Both the position numbers and the translations under genes were made by a program. Below, in pieces: positions 50,952-60,464 of a stretch of DNA of 64,000 bases. The notes beneath the pieces were generated by a model that worked only from the letters and a program-made list of their open reading frames with translations, was not told the DNA's origin and did no database searches. The DNA comes from Nitrospirales bacterium (GTDB lineage Bacteria; Nitrospirota; Nitrospiria; Nitrospirales; UBA8639). Location of the stretch: positions 1,120,001 to 1,184,000 of the forward strand of contig CBDCWC010000002.1 in the NCBI GenBank assembly GCA_965223295.1. Direction: 5' to 3'. Position 1 is the stretch's first letter. The number at the start of each line of letters is the position of its first letter.

Positions 50952-51088
50952 AAGCCACCTTTCCTGTAAGAAGTCGTCAGGAGTGAAAACAAAAAGTGAG
51001 AAGCAAGAGAAAAGCAATTCGTAATTGCAGTTCCAATCTTCTTCTTGTATTTCCCATTTTTACTTCTACCGCCTCCCTTTACCCTCCT

Positions 51089-51538
51089 TCATTGTCGTTG
51101 CCAGACAGAAACAAAGAGCGGCTGTTCCTGACAATCAAACACCAGTTCGCTCATCCGTTTCATCCCTGAAATTTTCAAATGGTCGTCCGTCGTGGACTCT
51201 ACACAAGGGATAGAAAGCTGACACGGCTCGGGAAGCAAGGACTTGATATTACCTCCAATAATGTTTGTCAATTCATACATGGCATCGACAGAATCCTGGT
51301 CAGTACCAGCATCCGGTTCAGTTGAAAAGATCACAGCCGCCGCAGCTGCTGCCAGTTCCCGAGACCCATGCAACAACACGGCACCCGTCCAGGCCCCCGA
51401 AATTTCCACCTTCCCCGTCAAATATCCTGCAACTGGCCCCATCGACGCCGGCAACGCACGAGGACGAATGTCCAGCCCTAAAATCGACTGCCACGTGGCT
51501 TCCGTAATCTCCAAAATTTCCTCTTCAAGAAATTGCAT
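51089..51538 (-). CDS. cheX: Chemotaxis phosphatase CheX
   Basis: ISGAWTGAV, DAMYELTNIIGGNIK, LSIP. Confidence 0.88.
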   Translation of the reverse strand: MQFLEEEILEITEATWQSILGLDIRPRALPASMGPVAGYLTGKVEISGAWTGAVLLHGSRELAAAAAAVIFSTEPDAGTDQDSVDAMYELTNIIGGNIKSLLPEPCQLSIPCVESTTDDHLKISGMKRMSELVFDCQEQPLFVSVWQRQ

Positions 51539-51549
51539 TCGGGTTCCTC

Positions 51550-52383
51550 CTATCCCTTTTTCACTCGATAACATGAGGTGCCACTAATCGCGACTCGTTC
51601 ATATTGATCGTCTAAATTAATCGTTGTTTCCGATCCCCCTAAAAGCAAGTAGCCATTTGGATCTATTATTTTTCGAATGTTTCCTAAAATTTGTTTTTTG
51701 GTATCCGCATCAAAATAAATCATGACATTGCGAAGAAACACAATGTCCAACGTTGGAAATGACAACCACGGCCCAGCCAGATTCATAGGTTTAAAATCAA
51801 TCTGTCGACGAATCTCTTCTTGCACCTGCCAACCCATACCCTTTTTTGAAAAATATTTGGTCAGCAATATCGCAGGAAGACCACGATTCACTTCGAGTTG
51901 ACTGTATTTACCATTCCGGCATTTGGTCAGCATTTCATCTGAAATATCCGTCGCAATGAATTGAACCACCCAGTTCTTTAATTCTGGGAAATGCTCCATA
52001 ATCGTGAACATGACTGAATACGGCTCCTGTCCGCTGGAACTGGCTCCACACCACATATTCAAACGTTTCGAGGTACCTTTTCGTGCAATAATCTCTGGAA
52101 GTAATTTCTCACGTAGGGCGTCAAATGGCGTCAAATCTCTGAAAAAACTCGTTTCATTAGTGGTCATAGCTTCGACCACCTTCTTATGCAACACTCCATA
52201 GGGAGTCGAATGTAATTGCTGTACCAGTTCAGCTAAGGACTCGAAACCCTCGCTCTTGGAAAGAGGCTCTAACCGGGATTGCACCAAATAGGCTTTTTCT
52301 GGCTCCAACACAATGGCCGAACGGGTTCGTACCAACTCGCGCACATAGTCCAAGTCCTTTGGACTTAAAGCCACTTCCCCCAT
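51550..52383 (-). CDS. cheR: Chemotaxis methyltransferase CheR
   Basis: TTNETSFFRD, SSGQEPYS, RNVMIYF. Confidence 0.94.
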   Translation of the reverse strand: MGEVALSPKDLDYVRELVRTRSAIVLEPEKAYLVQSRLEPLSKSEGFESLAELVQQLHSTPYGVLHKKVVEAMTTNETSFFRDLTPFDALREKLLPEIIARKGTSKRLNMWCGASSSGQEPYSVMFTIMEHFPELKNWVVQFIATDISDEMLTKCRNGKYSQLEVNRGLPAILLTKYFSKKGMGWQVQEEIRRQIDFKPMNLAGPWLSFPTLDIVFLRNVMIYFDADTKKQILGNIRKIIDPNGYLLLGGSETTINLDDQYERVAISGTSCYRVKKG

Positions 52384-52397
52384 CGTATACCTTTCTG

Positions 52398-53489
52398 CTA
52401 GGCGGTCACAGGCTGTGCCTGACCGGCTCGCACTTTTCTTATGATTTCTGAAGAAATTTGATCAAGAGGGACAACTGAATGAGCGAGCCCGGCCTGTACC
52501 ACCGCTCCTGGCATCCCCCACACCACACTAGAAGCTTCGTCTTGCACCATAACATGGCCACCGGCTTCCCGAATCACTTCAGCCCCACGCATCCCATCCT
52601 GCCCCATACCAGTGAGCACCACAGCCAACACGGCCTTGCCATAAACCTTGGCCACAGACCGAAACATTACATCCACCGCAGGGCGGCATGAGTTTTCTGG
52701 CGGATCTTGGTTTGTTGCCAGCACAATCTTGGTTCCTTTTCGCTCCACAACCATATGGTAGTCTCCCGGAGCTATCCAAGCTTGCCCTGGTGTCATTACA
52801 TCGCCCGGGTTCCCCTCAAGGATCGGAATTTGAGATTTGACAGACAATCGTTCAGCCAGACATTTCGTAAACACGGGCGGCATATGTTGGACAATGACAA
52901 TAGGCACCGGACAATCTTTGGGGATACAAGGTATCACTTCCGCCAGGGCATTGGGACCTCCTGTCGAAACACCGATCGCCACAATATCCACTGCAAAGGG
53001 TTTTTTCGAACTGAATTGAAGGGCAGAAGGTGCTGAAGGCTTTGGCACAGCCGGTGCATCCGAACCGACAAATCCACTTTGTAGTTGAGCTAACGATTTG
53101 ATTTTGGGGATCAATTCTTCTCGAACACGCTGCATCGCCAACGTCGCACTCCCTACATTGGCGGGTTTGGTCACATAATCATTGGCTCCTCGAGCCAATG
53201 CCTCCAAGGTTTCCTTCGCCGCTCGTTGACTTAAGGTACTAAACATAATAATGGGGAGTTTCTTGTGTGTTTTCCGAATCTCCGAAACAGCCGTTAAGCC
53301 ATCCATCTCTGGCATTTCAATATCCATAGTCACAACGTCAGGAGGAGTTTGCTCAATCTTTGCCAGCGCAATTTCCCCCGTTGCCGCAGAACCAATCACC
53401 TCAATATCAGGATCTTTATTGAGTTCATCCGTCAGAATGCGTCTAATCACGACCGAATCATCGACAACAAGTACACGGATTTTGGGCAT
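52398..53489 (-). CDS. cheB: Chemotaxis methylesterase CheB
   Basis: REC domain + GVSTGG, QHMP, GMGQDG. Confidence 0.94.
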   Translation of the reverse strand: MPKIRVLVVDDSVVIRRILTDELNKDPDIEVIGSAATGEIALAKIEQTPPDVVTMDIEMPEMDGLTAVSEIRKTHKKLPIIMFSTLSQRAAKETLEALARGANDYVTKPANVGSATLAMQRVREELIPKIKSLAQLQSGFVGSDAPAVPKPSAPSALQFSSKKPFAVDIVAIGVSTGGPNALAEVIPCIPKDCPVPIVIVQHMPPVFTKCLAERLSVKSQIPILEGNPGDVMTPGQAWIAPGDYHMVVERKGTKIVLATNQDPPENSCRPAVDVMFRSVAKVYGKAVLAVVLTGMGQDGMRGAEVIREAGGHVMVQDEASSVVWGMPGAVVQAGLAHSVVPLDQISSEIIRKVRAGQAQPVTA

Positions 53490-53576
53490 GTCTTTCTCCT
53501 ACAAGTAAAAAATCCGAAGCGAAGAAATGCTAATGAAGGCTTCCTAACATCTCACTTCTTCACTTCCACTTTTTCC

Positions 53577-53942
53577 TTATTTAATCCCCAAAATTTTCAA
53601 CTTCTCCTGAATGACGTCTTTCGTAAAAGGCTTCATAACATATTCATTGGCCCCGGCTGCCAAAGCCTTACCCATTTGAGATGATTCTGTCTCTGTGGTC
53701 ACCATCATAAGCGGAAGCGTTCGATAAGTAGGATTGCCCCGAACAGCTCGAACGAACTCTAGGCCATTCATTTCTGGCATATTCCAATCAACCAAGACGA
53801 TATCTGGCTTCTGCATAGATTTAAGTTTTTCCAAACCTTCTTGCCCATTACCCGCTTCTTCCACCGTCGCACCCACAGACTGCAAAATCTGTTTTAAAAT
53901 AATTCTCATAGCTTTTGAATCATCGATCACTAACGCATGCAT
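53577..53942 (-). CDS. cheY: CheY-like response regulator
   Basis: DDSKAMR, VDWNMP, MVTTE, YVMKPF; lies in the che operon. Confidence 0.88.
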   Translation of the reverse strand: MHALVIDDSKAMRIILKQILQSVGATVEEAGNGQEGLEKLKSMQKPDIVLVDWNMPEMNGLEFVRAVRGNPTYRTLPLMMVTTETESSQMGKALAAGANEYVMKPFTKDVIQEKLKILGIK

Positions 53943-54036
53943 AGCTCCTCCTTTTATTCATCAACTGCATTCGTCAGGCGTAAAACATAAATCGCAGAAA
54001 ATCCTCCGTCTCAAGCTTTATGTTTCCCGCAATGTA

Positions 54037-56523
54037 TTAGGTGAGAGTGCTTACCACTTTTTGTAAGTCGGATGCCATTCTGGCCAATTCAGAAGACGCC
54101 TGATAGGTTTGTGTAGCACCATCGCTCGTCCCTCTGGCCGCATCGGCCACACTCACGATATTGCCGGCAATTTCCATACTGCCTTTTGAGGCCTCGGTCA
54201 CATTCCGCGCCATTTCATTCGTCGTCACGGTTTGCTCCTCCACCGCACTGGCAATAGTATTCATGTAATCATTAACCTGCTTAATAATGGTGGAAATTTC
54301 TTCAATCGCATCCACAGACCCTTTGGTATCCTCTTGGATCGTCTCGATCATGCAACTGATATTTTCCGTGGCCTTCGTGGTTTCTTTAGCCAATTCTTTG
54401 ACCTCATTGGCCACCACGGCAAAGCCTTTTCCAGCATCACCTGCCCGGGCAGCTTCGATTGTGGCATTCAAGGCTAAGAGATTCGTTTGCTCCGCAATCG
54501 TCGTAATCACCTTAATAATACTGCCAATCTCAGCACTACTTTGACCGAGTTTGGCCACTGTTGCATTCGTCGATTCAGCCACGTTTACCGCTTGGGCGGC
54601 TACTTTGGCTGCATCAGTCGTATTCTTAGCAATCTCCTGAATACTGGCCGTCATTTCTTCAGAACCAGTGGAGACTGACTGCACATTCTTACTGACTTGC
54701 TCAGCAGCCGCAGCCACCACATTGGCCTGACTCGAAGTTTCTTCGGCAGTGGAACCCATCGTGCTGCTTACAGATGTCAACTCTTCAGACGCACTAGCTA
54801 GATTCGTTCCAATTTGCGCAATTTCCTCGACGCCTTCCTGCAACCGCTTCGCCTGTTCACGTTCCCGATCCGAAGCCTCTTTGATTTCCTTTTCTTGTTT
54901 CAGCTTCGCGGTTATCACCTCCCACGTAGCCATAGCACCTAAATAAGTATTTTGTTCATCAAAAATCGCACTAACCTTAAGCTCCAAGACCTCTCCTCCC
55001 AATTCAATCTGAGCGTTATAGGGAAGATTTTTTGGATCTGACAACAGCTGCCGCTGATGTTGAGGATTCTTATGATAGGCATCAATACACGTCCCCACCA
55101 TTTGATCCACTTTCACAGGCAACTTGTCTTCAATCGTTTTCAAGGTTTTCTTTGAAGCGGGATTCATATACCGAAGCACAAGATCGAGATCCACAAACAT
55201 GACATTAATTGGTGCATTTTCCATCATATTTTTCACCCGTGCCATTTCTACATTGCTACTCTGGATCTCTTGGGCCATATGATTAAACGCTTCTCCTAAT
55301 TGCCCGATTTCATCACCAGAAGAAATGGTCACTCGGGCATCATAGTCCCCCGCCGCCATTTTCCCGGCTGCCTCTTGAATGACCTTGACTTGACCAGCAC
55401 CTTTTCGACCAATCCAAAGACCCATGGGTAGAATCAACACCAAACACCCCATAGCCACGATCATAACTTTTTGCATGAGTACTCGAGAGTCAGCAGTCGC
55501 TTCCTCCTCAGGTATTCTCACCAGCACAGCCCAATTCATACCTGGATAACCCAAAGCCCCTTTTAGATGGGTATAACCCGAGGCCTGGACAATTTTTTTT
55601 CTGGCATGAATGGCATTGGCATACCCGGTCCTGCCAGCAATAGCCTCTTGCGCAACCACAACACCTTTTTCTGCCAGATTGAGTTTTAGAACAACTTTGT
55701 CAAAATTATGATTGGGAGCTTCCTTCCCATGAACCATTGGGTCATAATCCACAATCACTCTTCCAACGGAATCAAGAAGAGTGATTTCAGCTCCTGGAAA
55801 GCCATTGGTTTTCAATTCTTGATACGAATCTCCGATAATTTCTTCCACTAAGCTAAACTTAGCCCGATTTGACCAATAGCCCAGGACTTCCCCATTAGCG
55901 TCATAAACAGGGGCGGAAAATCCTATGGTCATCCCCGGAACACCAGGATACGCCGTCATTACATCTTCATCGAAGTGAAGATCTTCAATGTATGTTCCCG
56001 TTGAACCTTTGTTTTCCTGAGCAGAAAAGGGAGTCGTGGTCGTAAATTGTTTTTTGGACAGCGCTTGGAACCAGGGCGTTTGACTATAATTTTTTTCAAA
56101 AAGAGGTTGGTAATTTATCGGCTTTCCCTGTGCATCATGATAATTGACAGCAATCAAATCACCCTTGGTATCCACAAATAACGTCAGATAGTAAATGCCA
56201 TAGGTCGTGATATACTTATCCATTAAAGGCGCCAAAACACTATGTTCAGAGGAGTCGTACCATCGGCTCACCCGTTGAACGGCATCATTCAAGGCAAACG
56301 CTTGGACATCCCCATATCGTTCAAATAGATTGCGGTCGATTTTGTCTGCGATCGCCATTGCCGTATTTTCGAACTGTTTTCCGACTTTGGCTTCCATATC
56401 TTGCCCAGTCTGCCAGGCCATGTAACCCAGGGCGATAATCGGTACTAAGCCAAACACACAAAATAAAATTGATAGCTTTGTGGCTAATCCCAAATTTCGT
56501 ACGTTCATCCAGTTCCCACCCAT
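54037..56523 (-). CDS. Chemoreceptor: Cache-like domain + HAMP + Aer2-type PAS + signalling domain
   Basis: Two TM segments; PAS NVMFVD...IDAYHKNPQHQRQLL...[20 protein letters not shown]. Confidence 0.9.
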   Translation of the reverse strand: MGGNWMNVRNLGLATKLSILFCVFGLVPIIALGYMAWQTGQDMEAKVGKQFENTAMAIADKIDRNLFERYGDVQAFALNDAVQRVSRWYDSSEHSVLAPLMDKYITTYGIYYLTLFVDTKGDLIAVNYHDAQGKPINYQPLFEKNYSQTPWFQALSKKQFTTTTPFSAQENKGSTGTYIEDLHFDEDVMTAYPGVPGMTIGFSAPVYDANGEVLGYWSNRAKFSLVEEIIGDSYQELKTNGFPGAEITLLDSVGRVIVDYDPMVHGKEAPNHNFDKVVLKLNLAEKGVVVAQEAIAGRTGYANAIHARKKIVQASGYTHLKGALGYPGMNWAVLVRIPEEEATADSRVLMQKVMIVAMGCLVLILPMGLWIGRKGAGQVKVIQEAAGKMAAGDYDARVTISSGDEIGQLGEAFNHMAQEIQSSNVEMARVKNMMENAPINVMFVDLDLVLRYMNPASKKTLKTIEDKLPVKVDQMVGTCIDAYHKNPQHQRQLLSDPKNLPYNAQIELGGEVLELKVSAIFDEQNTYLGAMATWEVITAKLKQEKEIKEASDREREQAKRLQEGVEEIAQIGTNLASASEELTSVSSTMGSTAEETSSQANVVAAAAEQVSKNVQSVSTGSEEMTASIQEIAKNTTDAAKVAAQAVNVAESTNATVAKLGQSSAEIGSIIKVITTIAEQTNLLALNATIEAARAGDAGKGFAVVANEVKELAKETTKATENISCMIETIQEDTKGSVDAIEEISTIIKQVNDYMNTIASAVEEQTVTTNEMARNVTEASKGSMEIAGNIVSVADAARGTSDGATQTYQASSELARMASDLQKVVSTLT

Positions 56524-56610
56524 AATCTACACTCCTTGTTAAGTCAATCCTCCACGACCACCTTGTGATATCGATCTGTAGATTGTTGTTGAATGTCTTT
56601 CTGCAGAAGC

Positions 56611-57016
56611 CTATTCAGCTTCTTCCAGTATAATATTTTTAATGCCTGCAAACGCCTAGGCCTAACCTTGACAAACTTCTTTCGTCCAAGCCAGTCCGGA
56701 AAACTCTTTCAAAACAGCTAAGAAATTTTCTCCAACGGCCGCGTAATAGGCAGACATTGCGCCATACTCCACATGTTTGGCTCCCAATTCCAAGAAGGCT
56801 AGCTTCAGTTTTTCGGATTTCCGAAGATTACTAATGACTAAGACTAACGAGGCCAACAATTTCTTTTGTTGCTGTTTGATATTAGCCTTGGCAAATAATG
56901 GTCGAAACCTAGGGATATTTTTGGAAGAAGCGTTCATAAAACCTACCGACCAATTGTTCCCCTTTTGGTACAACCACTTGAAAACTTTTTTCGAGTGATT
57001 CAACCTTCAGACTCAT
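56611..57016 (-). pseudogene. Single-domain globin pseudogene
   Basis: MSLKVESLEKSFQVVVPKGEQLVGRFYERFFQKYP, one extra base near 56905-56912, then RPLF...LGAKHVEYG...VGENFL...WTKEVCQG*A*AFAGIKNIILEEAE. Confidence 0.85.
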
Positions 57017-57066
57017 CAATCACCCTTCCCTTTCCCATGTCTTGCCTCGGTCACACCCGGACTCAT

Positions 57067-57525
57067 TTACGCCGCAGCCTCATCGTTGACTTTTCCACCG
57101 GAATCAGGCACACAAATCACTTTGGCCGTATCCAACACCAACAACAAACGCCCATCTAATTTATACACTCCAGTAATCACTTCCTTCACTTTGCCTTCAA
57201 TCGTTGAGGGAGGTGATTCCAACACATCGTCCGACACCTCCAAGACATCTCCAATTTCATCAACAAGAAGGCTTACGGCCCCTTCATCTGTTTGAATAAC
57301 CACATTCATGGGTTCCCAATTATCCCGATCAGACAGATCAAGTCGTCGCCGCAAATCAATGGCCGTCACAATTTGTCCGCGTAAATTAATCAACCCACGC
57401 ACCATAGACGAGGCCTGAGGCACCACCGTCATGATTTGCGATCGAATGACCTCTTGTACCTGAAGAACTTTGACCCCGAAAAAGAGTTGGTCAGCATAAA
57501 ATGTACAAAATTGTTGAGTAGCCAT
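57067..57525 (-). CDS. cheW: CheW
   Basis: VQEVI, GLINLRGQIV, VDEIGDV. Confidence 0.93.
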   Translation of the reverse strand: MATQQFCTFYADQLFFGVKVLQVQEVIRSQIMTVVPQASSMVRGLINLRGQIVTAIDLRRRLDLSDRDNWEPMNVVIQTDEGAVSLLVDEIGDVLEVSDDVLESPPSTIEGKVKEVITGVYKLDGRLLLVLDTAKVICVPDSGGKVNDEAAA

Positions 57526-57528
57526 ACG

Positions 57529-60426
57529 TTACACTCCTACGCAATCCGCCGCTTCAAGCTCAGCTTCGCTCAACTGTGTTTTCTGCCAGACCGATTCGAT
57601 ATCGAGTAAATCTGTTACCCGATCTTGCACCACGGCCGAGCCTAAAATACCTGGCTGATCAGAACGTGTGAGAGGCCCCAGCGAAACATCCACAATGTCC
57701 ATGATTCGATCCACCATAATGCCGACTTGACGTTCCTTAGATCTCACCACAACCATTTGAAACGTTCCCGACTGTTCTTCAGTTTCGAAACCACAGGCTG
57801 CTAACATTGAACTGAGACGAAATACGGGTAGAATGGTTCCCCTATATTGCACTACTTCATGGCCTCCAGCGACCTCTTTCACCTTCTCCTGCATCTCCTC
57901 CAACCGAGCAATATGCGACACGGGGATCCCCACGCGTCCCTGACTACCGACTTGGACCAGGAGAAGAGTCTGAAGGGTATGCTCCGCATTTGTTGAGCCA
58001 TTCATAGCTTCACTGTCAGACTGAACTTTATCACCATCTCTCAGGTTGGCCTTTTGTACAAGACCCAGAACATCCAAAATTAAGGCCACTTTCCCATCCC
58101 CCATAATCGTCGCTCCAGCAAAGATGGGAATACCCTTGAGTTGTTTGCTTAACGGTTTCACCACAATTTCTTCCGTATCATTGACCTCATCAACCACCAG
58201 ACCAAACCGCCGCCCATCATCTTGCAAAACCACAATGTTTGATGCTATCGAGCTCATGTCGTCTTCCTCCTCGGAATAAGGTTGTGTTCCGAGATTGATC
58301 ACTTTATTGAGGTACACCAACGGTAGAAGCTGTCCACGTAATCTATAGACCGGGGCCCCCTGAATATACTCAATATTCTGCACGCCATTTTCTCCATCCA
58401 CCCGTACCAGTTCCAACAAACTGGCCTGAGGAATCGCAAAACGCTCTCCTGCTGACGTCACAATCAATGCAGGAATAATCGCCAAGGTCAGGGGCACTTT
58501 CAGCTTGAAGGTGCTCCCATGGCCTGGGGCAGAAGAAATATCAATGGTACCTCCAATTTTTTCGATATTGGTTTTGACCACATCCATCCCTACACCCCGT
58601 CCTGAAACATTAGTAACTTTTTCTGCAGTGGAGAATCCCGATTGAAAGATTAAGCCCAAGAGTTCTCGCTCTGACATCTTCGAGACTTGCTCTGCAGTCG
58701 TTACTCCTTTTTTGATGGCAATCTCCACCACGCGGTCGACATTTATCCCCCCACCATCATCAGTAATCTCAATATTCACTTGCCCACCTTCATGGTAAGC
58801 TCGAAGCAACAAGAGCCCTTCTCGAGGTTTGCCACGTTCCTCTCGAATAGCCGGAATTTCGATTCCATGATCCACAGAGTTTCGGACCAAATGGGTTAGG
58901 GGATCTTTAATGGCCTCAATCAAAGTCTTATCAAGCTCTGTATCTTTTCCTTCCATTTCGAGCCGAATTTCTTTTCCAAGGGTTGGAGCTAAATCTCTCA
59001 CGACTCGAGGAAACTTACTCCAAATATTGCCAATTTGCTGCATTCGTGTTTTCATGATGCCTTCTTGGAGCTCCGTGGTAATCAAACTCAGCCGCTGTGA
59101 GGCATGTAATAGAGAAGGATCTTCCAATTTTGACAACCCTTGCCCAATTTGATTCCGCGTCAAGACCAATTCACCCACCATATTCATTAGCTTGTCGAGT
59201 AACCCAACATCCACCCGAATGGAGGATTCTGCAGCTGAAGGACCCTTGACATCTGCTGCTGCAGTAGGCGCAGCGTTCGTTTTTTTCACAGAAGATTGGG
59301 GTGGAGAAACAGGTACCTCTTTGACCTCGGCTGCCGATGTTTCCACACCTGTCAATTGCTCCTGGCTCTTGTCAGAAACTTCAGCCGCTTTTGGAACAGA
59401 TTCTGGAGAACTCACTGATGGACCAGGCTTTTCTGTGGCCGACGGAGGCATTTCCCCCTTTTGCAGAGCCACTAATATATTCTTGAGATCTTGATATTCA
59501 TTCGTCCCATCATTTCCCGTTTGTTCTATAGCCCCCAACATTTGCCGAACGGCATCCACCATCTTGAACAGAGCGCTGACAACATCATTCGTGAGGGCTC
59601 GCTCACCATCACGCGCTAAACTCAAGAGCGTTTCGCCTGTATGGGCCAAACCCTCAAGCTTGGAATATCCTAAAAAGGAACAAGTCCCTTTGATGGTATG
59701 AATCGCGCGGAAAATCCTGGCGAGTGCTCCCTCTTGGTTAGGATGCCCTTCTAGATCAACGAGATCTTGTTCAACGGCACTAAGATTTTCGTCGCTTTCG
59801 ACTAAAAACTCTTGTACGGCCACATCCATTTCACCCATATCTGCAGCCGGCCCAGCATTCGTGTGTTCCACAAAAGGTTGCGGTTGGAAGGCAGTTTCCA
59901 TCTTGCTCTCGAATGCTAATTTTTCCCCACAAATCGATAGATCCTGGTCATGGGCAGGAACGCCACCAACTTTTTGCGGGTCAAGAGGAGAAGGGGATGA
60001 GGCCGTGACCTCAAACACTTCGGTCGGCGCAGAAAAAGGTTCGCCCTTTTGCAGCGCAATCAACACATTCTTGAGGTCTTCATAGTCTTCCGTACCATCA
60101 TTTCCCGTTTGTTCTATAGCCCCCAACATTTGCCGAACGGCATCCACCATTTTAAGCAGAGCGCTGACAACATCATTCGTGAGGGCCCGCTCACCATCAC
60201 GCACCAAGCTCAGGAGCGTTTCCCCTGTGTGAGCCAGCCTTTCTAATTTTGAATAACCTAAGAAGGAACAGGTCCCCTTAATCGTATGAATGGCTCGAAA
60301 AATACTCGCTAAGGTTTCTTCCTGGGCAGGATGTCCTTCTATATCAACAAGATCCTGTTCTACTGCACTTAGATTTTCATCACTCTCGACTAAAAACTCT
60401 TGTATCGCGGCATCCATTTCACTCAT
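57529..60426 (-). CDS. cheA: CheA with two Hpt domains and two CheW-like domains
   Basis: Two FRAIHTIKG Hpt domains, HLVRNSVDHG, SGRGVGMDVV, P5 plus an extra CheW-like domain; start set at MSEMD. Confidence 0.93.
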   Translation of the reverse strand: MSEMDAAIQEFLVESDENLSAVEQDLVDIEGHPAQEETLASIFRAIHTIKGTCSFLGYSKLERLAHTGETLLSLVRDGERALTNDVVSALLKMVDAVRQMLGAIEQTGNDGTEDYEDLKNVLIALQKGEPFSAPTEVFEVTASSPSPLDPQKVGGVPAHDQDLSICGEKLAFESKMETAFQPQPFVEHTNAGPAADMGEMDVAVQEFLVESDENLSAVEQDLVDLEGHPNQEGALARIFRAIHTIKGTCSFLGYSKLEGLAHTGETLLSLARDGERALTNDVVSALFKMVDAVRQMLGAIEQTGNDGTNEYQDLKNILVALQKGEMPPSATEKPGPSVSSPESVPKAAEVSDKSQEQLTGVETSAAEVKEVPVSPPQSSVKKTNAAPTAAADVKGPSAAESSIRVDVGLLDKLMNMVGELVLTRNQIGQGLSKLEDPSLLHASQRLSLITTELQEGIMKTRMQQIGNIWSKFPRVVRDLAPTLGKEIRLEMEGKDTELDKTLIEAIKDPLTHLVRNSVDHGIEIPAIREERGKPREGLLLLRAYHEGGQVNIEITDDGGGINVDRVVEIAIKKGVTTAEQVSKMSERELLGLIFQSGFSTAEKVTNVSGRGVGMDVVKTNIEKIGGTIDISSAPGHGSTFKLKVPLTLAIIPALIVTSAGERFAIPQASLLELVRVDGENGVQNIEYIQGAPVYRLRGQLLPLVYLNKVINLGTQPYSEEEDDMSSIASNIVVLQDDGRRFGLVVDEVNDTEEIVVKPLSKQLKGIPIFAGATIMGDGKVALILDVLGLVQKANLRDGDKVQSDSEAMNGSTNAEHTLQTLLLVQVGSQGRVGIPVSHIARLEEMQEKVKEVAGGHEVVQYRGTILPVFRLSSMLAACGFETEEQSGTFQMVVVRSKERQVGIMVDRIMDIVDVSLGPLTRSDQPGILGSAVVQDRVTDLLDIESVWQKTQLSEAELEAADCVGV
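59452..60426 (-). repeat. Internal direct duplication of the Hpt coding region (about 59452-59838 and 60040-60426)
   Basis: Highly similar DNA and protein copies offset by 588 bp. Confidence 0.9.
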
Positions 60427-60464
60427 ATCACAATCCCTTTTGGCCGATCTTATGAAAGCGACTC

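Noticed and set aside
56611-57016. Amber (TAG) read-through or recoding of the globin gene
   Set aside because: A frameshift is also needed, TAG serves as a normal stop for other genes here, and no recoding machinery is visible; decay is the simpler explanation.
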